From contig CAVURJ010000001.1 of assembly GCA_963743885.1 (NCBI GenBank), positions 502,321 to 566,320 of the forward strand: a stretch of 64,000 nt of DNA. Direction: 5' to 3'. Each line of letters begins with the position of its first letter. Position 1 is the stretch's first letter. Source of the stretch: Candidatus Moraniibacteriota bacterium. GTDB lineage: Bacteria > Patescibacteriota > Minisyncoccia > Moranbacterales > UBA1568. The position numbers and the translations under genes were made by a program. Below the pieces are notes generated by a model. That model searched no databases. It was not told the origin of the DNA and worked only from the letters and a program-made list of their open reading frames with translations. This document shows positions 10,351 to 19,150 of this stretch, one piece after another.

Positions 10351-11802
10351 ATGATTCGAGAGCTGCATGAAAAACTGGTATCCGGAGAAGAGACGTCTGT
10401 CGGTCTGACAGAGCGGTATTTCGCTGCGATCAAGGAGAAGGATGGCGTCATCGGCGCGTACCTGACGCTGCTTGAGGAGCGTGCGCTCCGTGATGCGGCG
10501 GCTATCGATGCGCGGTTCCGGGCCGGTGAGAAGATGGATCTGCTTGCGGGTATCCCGGGCGCTATCAAGGACAATATCTGCATCGAGGGTGTCCGGACGA
10601 CGGCTGGATCGAAGATCCTCGACAATTATGTCGCGCCATACGATGCGACAGTCATCGCGCGGCTCCGCGAAGCCGGAGCGATCATGCTCGGCAAGACGAA
10701 TATGGATGAGTTCGCGATGGGATCGTCGACCGAATCGAGTGCGTATCAGAAGACGAAGAATCCCGTTGATCCTGAACGTGTCCCGGGCGGCTCGTCGGGC
10801 GGTTCAGCGGCAGCGGTCGCGGCCGGTGAAGCAGTCTGGTCTCTCGGTTCGGATACGGGCGGCTCGATTCGCCAGCCGGCAGCATTTTGTGGCATCGTCG
10901 GTCTCAAGCCGACCTATGGCCGCGTGTCGCGCTCCGGTTTGCTTGCTATGGCGTCTAGTCTTGATCAGATCGGCCCGTTCGGTGAGAGCGTCGAGGATGT
11001 GGCAATCGTATTTTCGCGGATTGCCGGCTCTGACCGGTATGATGCGACGACGGCTCCGGTGGATAATCATAAGCCATTCGAGGAATACCTGACGGGTGAC
11101 ATGACCGGTCTCTCGGTTGGCATCCCGAAGGAATATTTCTCTGAAGATCTCGATCCGCGCGTCAAGAAGGTTGCTGAAGAGGCGATCGAGCGCATGAAGG
11201 CGCTCGGTGCGACGATCAAAGAGATAACGCTGCCACACAGCCGCTATGCGCTGCCGGTCTACTATATCCTCATGCCGTCCGAAGTCAGCTCCAATCTGGC
11301 GCGTTTTGATGGTATCAAGTACGGCCTCTCCATTAACGATCAGAAAGAGTCTGTTGCCGGATCGGGAGCCCTTTTGGAGACGTATCTCGATACAAGGCGG
11401 CATGGTTTCGGCGCCGAGGTGAAGCGCCGTATCATGCTCGGCACCTACACGCTCTCGGCGGGATATTATGATGCTTATTATCAGAAGGCCCAGAAGGTTC
11501 GTGCACTCATCCGGAAGGATTTCGAAGAGGCATATAAGGAAGTCGATCTCATCTTCTCGCCGACGACCCCGGAAGCCGCATTCCGTTTCGGCGCAAAGAC
11601 GGCCGATCCGCTCAAGATGTATCTTTCTGATATCTATACCGTGACAGCGAATCTGGCGGGTGTGCCGGCGATATCCTTCCCAATCGGGACGATCGAAGAG
11701 GAAGGGAAGGCACTTCCGATAGGCGGGCAGCTCCAGGGCAAGTGGTTCGATGAAGAGACGCTTCTTCGTGCGGCAGATGCTTTTGAGAGGAATAATAAGT
11801 AA
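10351..11802 (+). CDS. gatA: Glutamyl-tRNA(Gln) amidotransferase subunit A
   Basis: Amidase signature GGSSGGSAAAVAAG with the Ser-cisSer-Lys triad region. The start MIRELHEKLVSGE matches the GatA N-terminus. Confidence 0.9.
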   Translation: MIRELHEKLVSGEETSVGLTERYFAAIKEKDGVIGAYLTLLEERALRDAAAIDARFRAGEKMDLLAGIPGAIKDNICIEGVRTTAGSKILDNYVAPYDATVIARLREAGAIMLGKTNMDEFAMGSSTESSAYQKTKNPVDPERVPGGSSGGSAAAVAAGEAVWSLGSDTGGSIRQPAAFCGIVGLKPTYGRVSRSGLLAMASSLDQIGPFGESVEDVAIVFSRIAGSDRYDATTAPVDNHKPFEEYLTGDMTGLSVGIPKEYFSEDLDPRVKKVAEEAIERMKALGATIKEITLPHSRYALPVYYILMPSEVSSNLARFDGIKYGLSINDQKESVAGSGALLETYLDTRRHGFGAEVKRRIMLGTYTLSAGYYDAYYQKAQKVRALIRKDFEEAYKEVDLIFSPTTPEAAFRFGAKTADPLKMYLSDIYTVTANLAGVPAISFPIGTIEEEGKALPIGGQLQGKWFDEETLLRAADAFERNNK

Positions 11803-11863
11803 CAAGAAACAAAGAGACAAACGAATTCGTATTTGTATCTTGTGCCTTGTGTCTTGAAAAAAT

Positions 11864-12394
11864 ATGGACATCGATCCGACGATACTCTTGGCTGACGCAT
11901 TTTCTGGTGTGCAGGGATTTTTTGCTGGGTCGTTCTTGTTTGCGGCAGTCAAATTTTTCCTGTTCGTTTATACGGCGGTGCTTTTGGCTGATATCGTACT
12001 CCTCTTCATGCTGCGTGGCTTCTCATCCGATCTCAAGGCGGTGCTATTCGGGACGAATCGTCCGCTTATGACGCGTACGGCAGCCATCAGTCGTTTCGAG
12101 AAAATCCTCGAGCGGCTTGGGAGTGGCAATCCATCTCAGTATAAGGTGGCGATCCTCGAGGCAGATGCTATGGCGGATGGCGTACTGAAAGAGATCGGGT
12201 TCTCAGGTGCGACGATGGGGGAGAAGCTTGAGTCGATCAAGGACGGGCAGCTTGAGTCCAAGGCCGATCTCCTCGAAGCACACGCGTTTCGCAACCGCAT
12301 CGTCCATGAGAAGGATTTCGAGGTGCCTGCCGAAGAGGCGAAGCAGCAGCTTGACCTCTATAAGCGATTTTTTGACGAAATAGAGCTTTTTTAG
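11864..12394 (+). CDS. Hypothetical membrane protein
   Basis: 176 aa. Two N-terminal TM helices then a soluble domain. No recognisable family. Confidence 0.45.
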   Translation: MDIDPTILLADAFSGVQGFFAGSFLFAAVKFFLFVYTAVLLADIVLLFMLRGFSSDLKAVLFGTNRPLMTRTAAISRFEKILERLGSGNPSQYKVAILEADAMADGVLKEIGFSGATMGEKLESIKDGQLESKADLLEAHAFRNRIVHEKDFEVPAEEAKQQLDLYKRFFDEIELF

Positions 12395-12553
12395 GTCCCG
12401 CACTATTTTGGCGCGATTTTTTCAGAAGAGGCCGTATTTTTCCTATAATTAAAGCCAGGAATCCTGTTTCGTGGATATCGAAGCTTTTCGTATTTACGCC
12501 AAAATAGTGCGGGATTGACGAATGGCCCAGTTTCTGGTAGCCTTCTAAGTAAC

Positions 12554-12576
12554 GAAGCCCTCAGGGGGCTTTTTTA
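12554..12576 (+). terminator. Intrinsic terminator
   Basis: gaagccc-tcag-ggggctt followed by TTTTT. Confidence 0.55.
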
Positions 12577-12589
12577 AGAGGCAAAAAAT

Positions 12590-12775
12590 ATGCGGAAAAT
12601 CATCACGTTTCTGATTGAAGCCAAGGCGGAGCTTTTGCGGGTCAATTGGCCGACGCAGAAGCAGATCATCCGATACACGCTCCTCGTGATCGTGATCAGC
12701 CTCGTGATGGCAGTGTTTCTCGGAGGGCTCGACTTCTTGTTCAGCTCGCTTGTTGAAAAATATCTCATACGATAA
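12590..12775 (+). CDS. secE: Preprotein translocase subunit SecE
   Basis: 61 aa single-TM protein, KAELLRVNWPTQKQIIRYTLLVIVISLVMAVFLGGLD. Immediately upstream of nusG. Confidence 0.8.
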   Translation: MRKIITFLIEAKAELLRVNWPTQKQIIRYTLLVIVISLVMAVFLGGLDFLFSSLVEKYLIR

Positions 12776-12799
12776 TTTCGCGGTAATCGTCATCATCTT

Positions 12800-13345
12800 A
12801 TGGCAAAGCAGACACAACATCATGGGCGCGCTTGGTACGTGCTCCATACGTACTCCGGCTACGAGGACAACGTTTCGAGGAACCTCAAGCAGCGTATCGA
12901 ATCCATGGATATGCAGGAGTTCATCTTTGATGTGCTTGTCCCGAAGGAGAAGAAGATTAAGATCAAGGCTGGCAAGCGTGTGGTAGTGGAGGAGCGCATC
13001 TATCCGGGCTACGTGCTCGTCGATATGATGGTGACTGATGCTTCGTGGTATGTGGTCCGCAATACACCAAACGTGACCGGTTTCATTGGTCTTGGCACGA
13101 CGCCGACGCCGGTTGATCCGAAGGAGATCGATATGCTCAAGAAGCGCATGGGCGTGGCTGAGCCGAAGTACAAGATCGATGTGCATGTGAACGATTCGGT
13201 CAAGATTGCCGATGGTCCGTTCAAGGATTTCGAAGGCAAGATTCAGGAAGTCGATGAGGAAAAGGGCAAGGTCAAGGTGCTGGTATCCATCTTCGGTCGC
13301 GAGACTCCGGTGGAGCTGGATTTCCTCCAGGTGAAGAAAGTATAA
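12800..13345 (+). CDS. nusG: Transcription termination/antitermination factor NusG
   Basis: NGN domain WYVLHTYSGYE and KOW motif. Conserved secE-nusG-rplK-rplA order. Confidence 0.9.
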   Translation: MAKQTQHHGRAWYVLHTYSGYEDNVSRNLKQRIESMDMQEFIFDVLVPKEKKIKIKAGKRVVVEERIYPGYVLVDMMVTDASWYVVRNTPNVTGFIGLGTTPTPVDPKEIDMLKKRMGVAEPKYKIDVHVNDSVKIADGPFKDFEGKIQEVDEEKGKVKVLVSIFGRETPVELDFLQVKKV

Positions 13346-13496
13346 TTTTAAGAAATCCCAAATCCCAAATACCAAATATCAAATAAATTCCAATTTTCAA
13401 AATTCCGACTCCGAAACCGTTTAGGATACTGGAATTTGTAATTTGGAGCTTATTTGGAAATTGGTGCTTGATGTTTGGAGTTTATAAAGTATTATT
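13346..13496. repeat. AT-rich palindromic intergenic element, copy C (divergent)
   Basis: aaatcccaaatcccaaataccaaatatcaaataaattcc...ttggagcttatttgg. Same word content as copies A and B. Confidence 0.45.
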
Positions 13497-13922
13497 ATGG
13501 CAAAGGCAATCAAGACAGTCATCAAGCTCCAGATCGCCGCTGGTAAGGCGAATCCGGCTCCGCCGGTCGGCCCAGCGCTCGGTCAGCACGGTCTCAATAT
13601 TCAGGACTTCTGCGTGAAGTTCAACGAGGCTTCGAAGGATCGCATGGGCGACGTTGTCCCGGCTGAGATCACGGTGTATGAGGATCGCACGTTCACATTC
13701 GTGCTCAAGACCTCCCCGGCATCAGACCTGCTCAAAAAGGCCGCTGGTATTACCAAGGCTGCAGCCAATCCGCTCAAGGATAAGGCTGGTCAGGTGACGA
13801 TGGCGCAGGTGCGTGAGATCGCTGAGAAGAAGATGGCTGATCTCAATGCGAATGATATCGATGCCGCTGCGAAGATCATCGCCGGTTCTGCTCGTTCGAT
13901 GGGTATAAAGGTGGTAGATTAG
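13497..13922 (+). CDS. rplK: 50S ribosomal protein L11
   Basis: [43 protein letters not shown]. Confidence 0.9.
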   Translation: MAKAIKTVIKLQIAAGKANPAPPVGPALGQHGLNIQDFCVKFNEASKDRMGDVVPAEITVYEDRTFTFVLKTSPASDLLKKAAGITKAAANPLKDKAGQVTMAQVREIAEKKMADLNANDIDAAAKIIAGSARSMGIKVVD

Positions 13923-13924
13923 CC

Positions 13925-14000
13925 GGTTATTCCGTTAACGAGTTTCGCGAGTTAACGGGTTGAAAAAAAGAACTCGTTAACGCGTTAGTCCGTTAACTGG
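13925..14000 (+). promoter_or_regulatory. Array of four GTTAAC-centred motifs (cgttaacgagtt-type) upstream of rplA
   Basis: ccgttaacgagtttcgcgagttaacgg ... actcgttaacgcgttagtccgttaactgg. Related TAACGAGTTA words recur at 21199 and 58996. Confidence 0.3.
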
Positions 14001-14078
14001 ACAATATCGTTTCAAATTGTAATTAATGTAATATGTGGGAGAATCTGAAAAGATTCGCTAATACCACGTACAAAATAT

Positions 14079-14768
14079 ATGAAGCACGGAAAGAATTATC
14101 GCGGCGTGGCTCTGAAGCTCGATGCGAGCAAGGAGTATACCCCGGAAGAGGCAATCGCTTTCATCCAGGAGCACAAGATGGCAAAATTCGACGAGTCTGT
14201 CGAAGTGCATGTCCGTCTCGGTATCAACGCCAAGAAGACCGATGAGATGGTCCGCGCGACCGTCGTCCTGCCGCACGGCACGGGCCGTACGCAGAAAGTC
14301 GCTGTCGTGACGTCGACCAAGGAGAAGGAAGCGGAAGAGGCTGGTGCTGATGTCATCGGCGGCGAGGAGCTGATCGCTGATATCAAGGATGGCAAGGTGA
14401 TTGCCGGCCAGGCATTCAGCGTGCTTCTGGCGACGCCGGAGATGATGCCGAAGCTCGCGGTCATCGCGAAGATCCTCGGTCCGAAGGGCATGATGCCGTC
14501 GCCGAAGACTGAGACCGTGACGCCGAAGATCAAGGAAACCGTCGAAATGCTCAAGAAGGGCAAGCGCGTGAGCTTCAAGAATGATGATTCTGGAAATGTC
14601 CATCAGATCATCGGCAAAGTCTCCTTCAAGGCTGAGGAGCTCTTGGAGAACTATCAGATGTTCCGCGAGACCCTCAACAAGGCCAAGTCCGAGTCGACCA
14701 AGGGTAAGCTCGTGAAGTCGGTCACGCTGTGCTCGACGATGGGTCCGAGCCTGACCATCAAGATGTAG
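14079..14768 (+). CDS. rplA: 50S ribosomal protein L1
   Basis: 229 aa, KLDASKEYTPEEAIAFIQE...VEVHVRLGI...TGRTQKVAV. Confidence 0.9.
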   Translation: MKHGKNYRGVALKLDASKEYTPEEAIAFIQEHKMAKFDESVEVHVRLGINAKKTDEMVRATVVLPHGTGRTQKVAVVTSTKEKEAEEAGADVIGGEELIADIKDGKVIAGQAFSVLLATPEMMPKLAVIAKILGPKGMMPSPKTETVTPKIKETVEMLKKGKRVSFKNDDSGNVHQIIGKVSFKAEELLENYQMFRETLNKAKSESTKGKLVKSVTLCSTMGPSLTIKM

Positions 14769-14776
14769 TTTCGACG

Positions 14777-14804
14777 CAGGCCAGGGCTTCCTGGCCTGTT
14801 TTCA
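14777..14804 (+). terminator. Intrinsic terminator after rplA
   Basis: caggccagg-gcttc-cctggcctg followed by TTTT. Confidence 0.55.
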
Positions 14805-14809
14805 TACTA

Positions 14810-14847
14810 AAGCTGATGAAGCTAATGAAGCTAACAAGCTAACAGCT
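14810..14847. repeat. Short tandem repeat (GAAGCTAA-type 8-9-mers)
   Basis: gctgatgaagctaatgaagctaacaagctaacagctg. Its reverse-complement family TAGCTTC recurs at 57161-57200 and inside dnaX. Confidence 0.5.
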
Positions 14848-14853
14848 GTTCCT

Positions 14854-15450
14854 ATGATTCTCTCGGATCGCGATATTAAGAAGGAGATAAAGAGCGGCGA
14901 GATCACACTCCGTCCGTTCAAGAAGGAATACGTGCAGCCAGCGAGTGTCGACCTGCATCTCGACAAGCACTTCCTTGTGTTCGATACGTCCAAGCATTTC
15001 GTCATTGATCCAAAGGATCCGGCGAAGAATCTCATGAAGCCGGTTGAGATCAAGGAGAATGAGGCGTTCATTCTCCATCCGAATGAGTTCGCGCTCGGCC
15101 TTATCTATGAGGAGACGGGTGTTTCGGCGAAGCTCGTCGGCCGCCTTGAGGGTAAGAGCTCACTCGGTCGCCTCGGTCTCATCATCCACACGACAGCTGG
15201 TTATCTTGATCCTGGCAATTCGCTCAAGATGACGCTTGAGCTTTACAATGCCGGCAGGCTGCCGATCAAGCTCTACTACAAGATGCCGATCGGGCAGATG
15301 GCATTCGAATACCTCTCGAGTCCGTGCGAAAAGCCGTACGGATCGGCCGGTCTCAACAGCAAGTACTACGGCGATACCAAGCCGGTCGCCTCGAAGATGC
15401 ATCTCAACTTCGGAAAAGTATCGAAGACCAAGAAGAAATCCTCCCGTTAG
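14854..15450 (+). CDS. dcd: dCTP deaminase
   Basis: 198 aa, MILSDRDIKKEIKSGEITLRPF, dUTPase-like trimeric fold family with a C-terminal extension. Confidence 0.8.
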   Translation: MILSDRDIKKEIKSGEITLRPFKKEYVQPASVDLHLDKHFLVFDTSKHFVIDPKDPAKNLMKPVEIKENEAFILHPNEFALGLIYEETGVSAKLVGRLEGKSSLGRLGLIIHTTAGYLDPGNSLKMTLELYNAGRLPIKLYYKMPIGQMAFEYLSSPCEKPYGSAGLNSKYYGDTKPVASKMHLNFGKVSKTKKKSSR

Positions 15451-15563
15451 GGAGGTTTTCTTTTGGCTTTTTAAAGCCATTTGTAGGTTTTTCTGGTGCG
15501 TGATACAATCAAGTGCAGGAGGGAAAAGTTCTTTTCCCTAATCATCTTTCGAAGGAGAAGTAT

Positions 15564-16481
15564 ATGAAGCAATACCTCGATCTCCTGCGCCATATCATGG
15601 AGCACGGAGCGACGAAGACTGATCGCACCGGGACTGGTACGAAGAGCGTGTTCGGGTATCAGATGCGCTTCGATCTGTCGCAGGGCTTTCCGCTTATGAC
15701 GACGAAGAAGATGTTTACGCGCGGCATCACTGAAGAATTGCTGTGGTTCCTCCGCGGCGAATCGAACATCAAGTATCTCGTCGATCGCGACGTGCATATC
15801 TGGGATGAATGGCCGTTCAAGGCGTATCTCCAGAAGACTGGTCAGGCGGTGCCCGCGACCGGTTCTGATGAATGGAACGCGAAGATGGAGGAGTTTCTCG
15901 CGAAGGTGAAGTCTGATGAGGCATTCGCGAAGGAATACGGCGAGCTCGGCCCAGTGTACGGGTACCAGTGGCGTTCGTGGCCTGCTCCGGATGGCCGGCA
16001 TATCGATCAGATAGCGGAGGTCGTCGATCAGATCAAGAAGTCTCCCGATTCGCGACGCATGATCGTTTCAGCGTGGAATGTCGCTGATATCGGGGAAATG
16101 GCCAAGTCCGGGCTGCCGCCGTGTCATTGCCTCTTCCAGTTCTATGTCGCTGACGGCAAGCTGTCATGTCAATTGTACCAGCGGAGCTGCGATACGTTCC
16201 TTGGTGTACCATTCAATATCGCTTCGTATGCGCTCCTGACGATGATGGTGGCGCAGGTGTGCGATCTCGAGCCTGGCGAGTTCGTCTGGACGGGCGGAGA
16301 TACGCATATCTACAGCAACCATTTCGAGCAGGCGACGCTCCAGCTCTCGCGCGAGCCGCGTCCGCTCCCGAAGATGATCATCAATCCGGAAGTGAAGGAT
16401 ATTTTTGCCTTTACGATCGATGATTTCACGCTCGAAGGCTATGATCCGCACGATGCCATCAAGGCGCCGATCGCCGTGTAA
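15564..16481 (+). CDS. thyA: Thymidylate synthase ThyA
   Basis: Active-site [12 protein letters not shown] and [19 protein letters not shown]. Starts [15 protein letters not shown] after the RBS gaaggagaag; the listed ORF start 15513 is upstream. Confidence 0.9.
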   Translation: MKQYLDLLRHIMEHGATKTDRTGTGTKSVFGYQMRFDLSQGFPLMTTKKMFTRGITEELLWFLRGESNIKYLVDRDVHIWDEWPFKAYLQKTGQAVPATGSDEWNAKMEEFLAKVKSDEAFAKEYGELGPVYGYQWRSWPAPDGRHIDQIAEVVDQIKKSPDSRRMIVSAWNVADIGEMAKSGLPPCHCLFQFYVADGKLSCQLYQRSCDTFLGVPFNIASYALLTMMVAQVCDLEPGEFVWTGGDTHIYSNHFEQATLQLSREPRPLPKMIINPEVKDIFAFTIDDFTLEGYDPHDAIKAPIAV

Positions 16482-16486
16482 GGTCA

Positions 16487-16524
16487 TCCCGCCGCTCCAG
16501 AATGGGGAGGCGGGTTTCTTTTTG
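16487..16524 (+). terminator. Intrinsic terminator after thyA
   Basis: cccgccgctcc-agaatgg-ggaggcggg followed by TTTCTTTTT. Confidence 0.55.
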
Positions 16525-16551
16525 GAAAAAAGGCTGGAAATAGGGTATTAT
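16522..16551 (+). promoter_or_regulatory. Putative sigma-70 promoter (TTGGAA, 18-nt spacer, TATTAT) driving the structured element
   Basis: The -35 and -10 hexamers are correctly spaced immediately upstream of the 16576-16723 element. Confidence 0.35.
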
Positions 16552-16575
16552 GGATGGGTAGTGTGGTGGATTTTT

Positions 16576-16723
16576 CCTCCGGAAGCTCCTTTCTCGAGCA
16601 AAAGAAAACTCGAAGCCTTTGTTTCTGACGGAGCTTTTTCCTCCCTCTCCACGACCCAAGGAAAACCTCCGGGAAACAAAGGCTTCTCAGACAGTTCTTT
16701 TGCCTCAAAAGGACATCCGGAAG
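16576..16723 (+). ncRNA. Candidate structured RNA element (unclassified), copy 1
   Basis: Rod-like three-stem hairpin: P1 ccgga/tccgg, P1b gagcaaaag/cttttgcctc, P2 gaagcctttgtttc/gaaacaaaggcttc, P3 cggag/ctccg. Terminal loop CCUCCCUCUCCACGACCCAAGGAAAAC. Homologous to 33262-33410 with compensatory substitutions. Confidence 0.4.
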
Positions 16724-16942
16724 AAAAATCCTGTTAAGATAAGTGAAGACTTTCGTGTTTTGTTTTTTCTTCCTCTGGCCAGCGGCGGTCACATATGCGA
16801 TGAGCGAACCGGTAACGGTCGAGCGTGACGCGTGGCCGAGTTAGCGGACAGCTCCCCGTTCGGTAGAGCGAGTCGGATATGTTCGCCGGCGGTCATGGAA
16901 TGAAAAAACAAAATACGAGAAGTCTTAACGAACCATCAGTAT

Positions 16943-17431
16943 ATGCCGCAACCTCGCATCAGTCTCATATCAGCCATCGCCCGGAAGGATCGCGCTATCG
17001 GAAAGGATAATGCACTCTTGTGGCATATCCCGGAGGATTTCAAGCACTTCAAGGAGCTAACGAGCGGGCACGCGATCGTCATGGGCGAGAATACGTACCG
17101 ATCGATCGGACGCCCTTTGCCGAACCGGACGAACATCGTGTTGTCGCAGACGCCGGATTTTGCTCCGGAGGGTATAGTGGTCGTGCGCTCGATTGAGGAA
17201 GCATTGGAAAAGGCGAAGGCTATGGAGCAGGAAGAGATATTCATCATCGGCGGTGCGAGCATCTATCGACAGTTCATTCCGCTCGCGGACAGGCTGTATC
17301 TGACGCTTGTCGAGGGTGAGTACGAGGCGGATACGTTTTTCCCAGAATACGATGAGTTTGTAAGAGTTCTGAGCGAGGAAAAGATGGATAATGGTGCGCA
17401 TCAATTTTCATTCGTAACATTAGAAAAATGA
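16943..17431 (+). CDS. folA: Dihydrofolate reductase
   Basis: ISLISAIARKDRAIGKDNALLWHIPEDFKHFKELTSGHAIVMGENTYRSIG, DHFR family, 162 aa. Confidence 0.85.
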   Translation: MPQPRISLISAIARKDRAIGKDNALLWHIPEDFKHFKELTSGHAIVMGENTYRSIGRPLPNRTNIVLSQTPDFAPEGIVVVRSIEEALEKAKAMEQEEIFIIGGASIYRQFIPLADRLYLTLVEGEYEADTFFPEYDEFVRVLSEEKMDNGAHQFSFVTLEK

Positions 17432-17991
17432 CAGACAAAAAGATCATTCTCGGTATCACAGGGGAGATAGCCTCGGGTAAGGATACGGTGACGAAGTATC
17501 TGGTGGAAAAGTATGGCGCGAAGCAGTTCCGTTTTTCGGATCCACTCCGCGATATTCTGGATCGTCTCCATCTGCCGCAGGTGCGCAAGAATCTCGCTGG
17601 TCTGTCGCATTATCTTCGTAAGGCGTTCGGCGAGGATATCTTGGCGCACGTCATTGAGAACGATGCCAAGAAGGATGATCATGCATTGGTCGTGATTGAC
17701 GGCATCCGTCGGCTGTCTGATATCGACCTAGTGAAGAAGCTGCCGGAATTCACGCTCATCTATGTCGAGGCGGATATGGAGCGCCGCTATGAGCGCTTGA
17801 CGGGCCGTCGCCAGAACGCCGATGATCAGACCAAAACATTCGAGGAATTCAAGCAGGACCATCTGCTTGAGACGGAGATGACTATCCCGCCGCTCCGTGT
17901 CGATGCGAAGCACATCATCAACAATGATGGCACGCTCGAGGAGCTGTATGCCCAGGTGGACAAAGTGATGAAAGAATTGAAACAGGCGTAA
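17428..17991 (+). CDS. P-loop nucleotide/nucleoside kinase (dephospho-CoA kinase / dNMP kinase-like)
   Basis: Walker A GITGEIASGKDTV. 187 aa. Start overlaps the folA stop. Sits among nucleotide-metabolism genes. Exact specificity is not clear. Confidence 0.5.
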   Translation: MTDKKIILGITGEIASGKDTVTKYLVEKYGAKQFRFSDPLRDILDRLHLPQVRKNLAGLSHYLRKAFGEDILAHVIENDAKKDDHALVVIDGIRRLSDIDLVKKLPEFTLIYVEADMERRYERLTGRRQNADDQTKTFEEFKQDHLLETEMTIPPLRVDAKHIINNDGTLEELYAQVDKVMKELKQA

Positions 17992-18002
17992 GATAATTTC
18001 AT

Positions 18003-18701
18003 ATGGCGAAATCCAAAAAGGGCAGGCTCATAGTTATCGATGGGGCGGATGGGTCGGGCAAGGCGACCCAGGCCGAGCTTTTGCTCAAGCGCCTAAAGAA
18101 AGAGGGATGCAAGGTGAAGACGCTCGATTTCCCGCAGTATGAGAAGAACTTTTTTGGCGGGCTCATCGGGCGCTGCTTGGCTGGAGAATATGGCGATTTC
18201 ATCGCGATTGATCCGCACATCGTCTCGACACTGTATGCTGCTGATCGGTTCGAATCGAAGCCGATGCTTGAGAAGTGGCTCGGCCAGGGATATGTGGTTG
18301 TGCTTGACCGGTATGTGAGTGCGAACCAGATCCATCAGGGAGGGAAGATCGCTGATGATAAGAAGCGGAAAGAATTTCTCTGTTGGTTGGATGAGATGGA
18401 ATTCGGCGTGTTTGGACTGCCGCGGCCGGATGGGATCATCTATCTCGATGTGCCGATCGAAGTTTCCGATAGGTTGCTCAAGCAGGGGAAGAAAGGGCTT
18501 TCGGTCAATCGCGCAGCGAAAGGGAAGATGGATCTCGCGGAATCCAATCGGAAGCATCTTGAGGATTCTCGGATGAGTGCCCTCAAGATAGTGAAGCGTG
18601 GCAATGCGTGGCATCGTGTCGCGTGCGCTCCGAAAGGTGAGATGCTCCCGCGTGAGGTGGTCGCTGATCTGGTCTGGGATATCGTAAAGAAGATTGTATG
18701 A
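18003..18701 (+). CDS. tmk: Thymidylate kinase
   Basis: RLIVIDGADGSGKATQAELL P-loop and DRY motif region (LDRYVSANQIHQ). Confidence 0.85.
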   Translation: MAKSKKGRLIVIDGADGSGKATQAELLLKRLKKEGCKVKTLDFPQYEKNFFGGLIGRCLAGEYGDFIAIDPHIVSTLYAADRFESKPMLEKWLGQGYVVVLDRYVSANQIHQGGKIADDKKRKEFLCWLDEMEFGVFGLPRPDGIIYLDVPIEVSDRLLKQGKKGLSVNRAAKGKMDLAESNRKHLEDSRMSALKIVKRGNAWHRVACAPKGEMLPREVVADLVWDIVKKIV

Positions 18702-19123
18702 AGCTTGATGTGAAAAAACTGGTGCCGGAGGCGAAGCTGCCGACGCGCGCACATGCGGATGATGCGGGTCTCGACCTGTATTCCATCGAGGAGTGTGTGC
18801 TTGAGCCGGGGGAGCGGCGGGCTGTGAAGACCGGCATTGCTATGGCGATTCCGACCGGGTATGCAGGCCTTATTTGGGACAAGTCGGGGCTCTCGGCCAA
18901 GGCGGGGCTCACGACGATGGGCGGCGTGATTGATGCGGCGTACCGAGGGGAGATCCAGGTGATCATGGTAAATCTATCGCAGGAGCCGTATCGTGTGGAG
19001 AAAGGGTCCAAGATAAGCCAGATCCTAATACAAGAAGTGGAGCTGGCTGATGTTTGCGAAGTACCCGAATTAAGTGATACGATACGGGGAGAGGGGGGAT
19101 TCGGCAGCACCGGGGCGCGTTAG
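18698..19123 (+). CDS. dut: dUTP diphosphatase
   Basis: 141 aa, AGLDLYS...GLIWDKSGLSAKAG...GVIDAAYRGE dUTPase motifs. Start overlaps the tmk stop. Confidence 0.85.
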   Translation: MKLDVKKLVPEAKLPTRAHADDAGLDLYSIEECVLEPGERRAVKTGIAMAIPTGYAGLIWDKSGLSAKAGLTTMGGVIDAAYRGEIQVIMVNLSQEPYRVEKGSKISQILIQEVELADVCEVPELSDTIRGEGGFGSTGAR

Positions 19124-19150
19124 ACCGTTTCCGGCTGCCTGTCAGGGCTT

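Noticed and set aside
10472-11952. ORFs 10472..11092 (+) and 10804..11952 (-) overlapping gatA
   Set aside because: Arg/Ser-rich translations, no homology, and full overlap with a conserved amidase gene.
12395-12545. tRNA-Trp upstream of secE
   Set aside because: No cloverleaf can be drawn. The inverted repeat is too long and there is no T-loop GTTCGA motif.
13925-14000. Ribosomal protein L1 autoregulatory site mimicking 23S rRNA
   Set aside because: In bacteria the L1 site lies upstream of rplK, not between rplK and rplA. The repeated GTTAAC words look more like a DNA operator array.
16576-16723. Hammerhead ribozyme in the ~150-nt repeated element (cuGACGGAG ... GAAAC resembles the CUGAUGA/GAAA core)
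   Set aside because: The match is imperfect in copy 1 and is lost in copy 2 (cuAACGAAG). Core positions are not conserved, while the stems are. The structure fits a rod-like hairpin rather than a three-way junction.
16780-16935. ZTP (pfl) riboswitch upstream of folA
   Set aside because: Only loose resemblance (GGUCG...GUGAC...UGGCC and CGCCGGCGG vs CGCCUGGGC). The pseudoknot partners cannot be established by eye, so it is left as unassigned leader.
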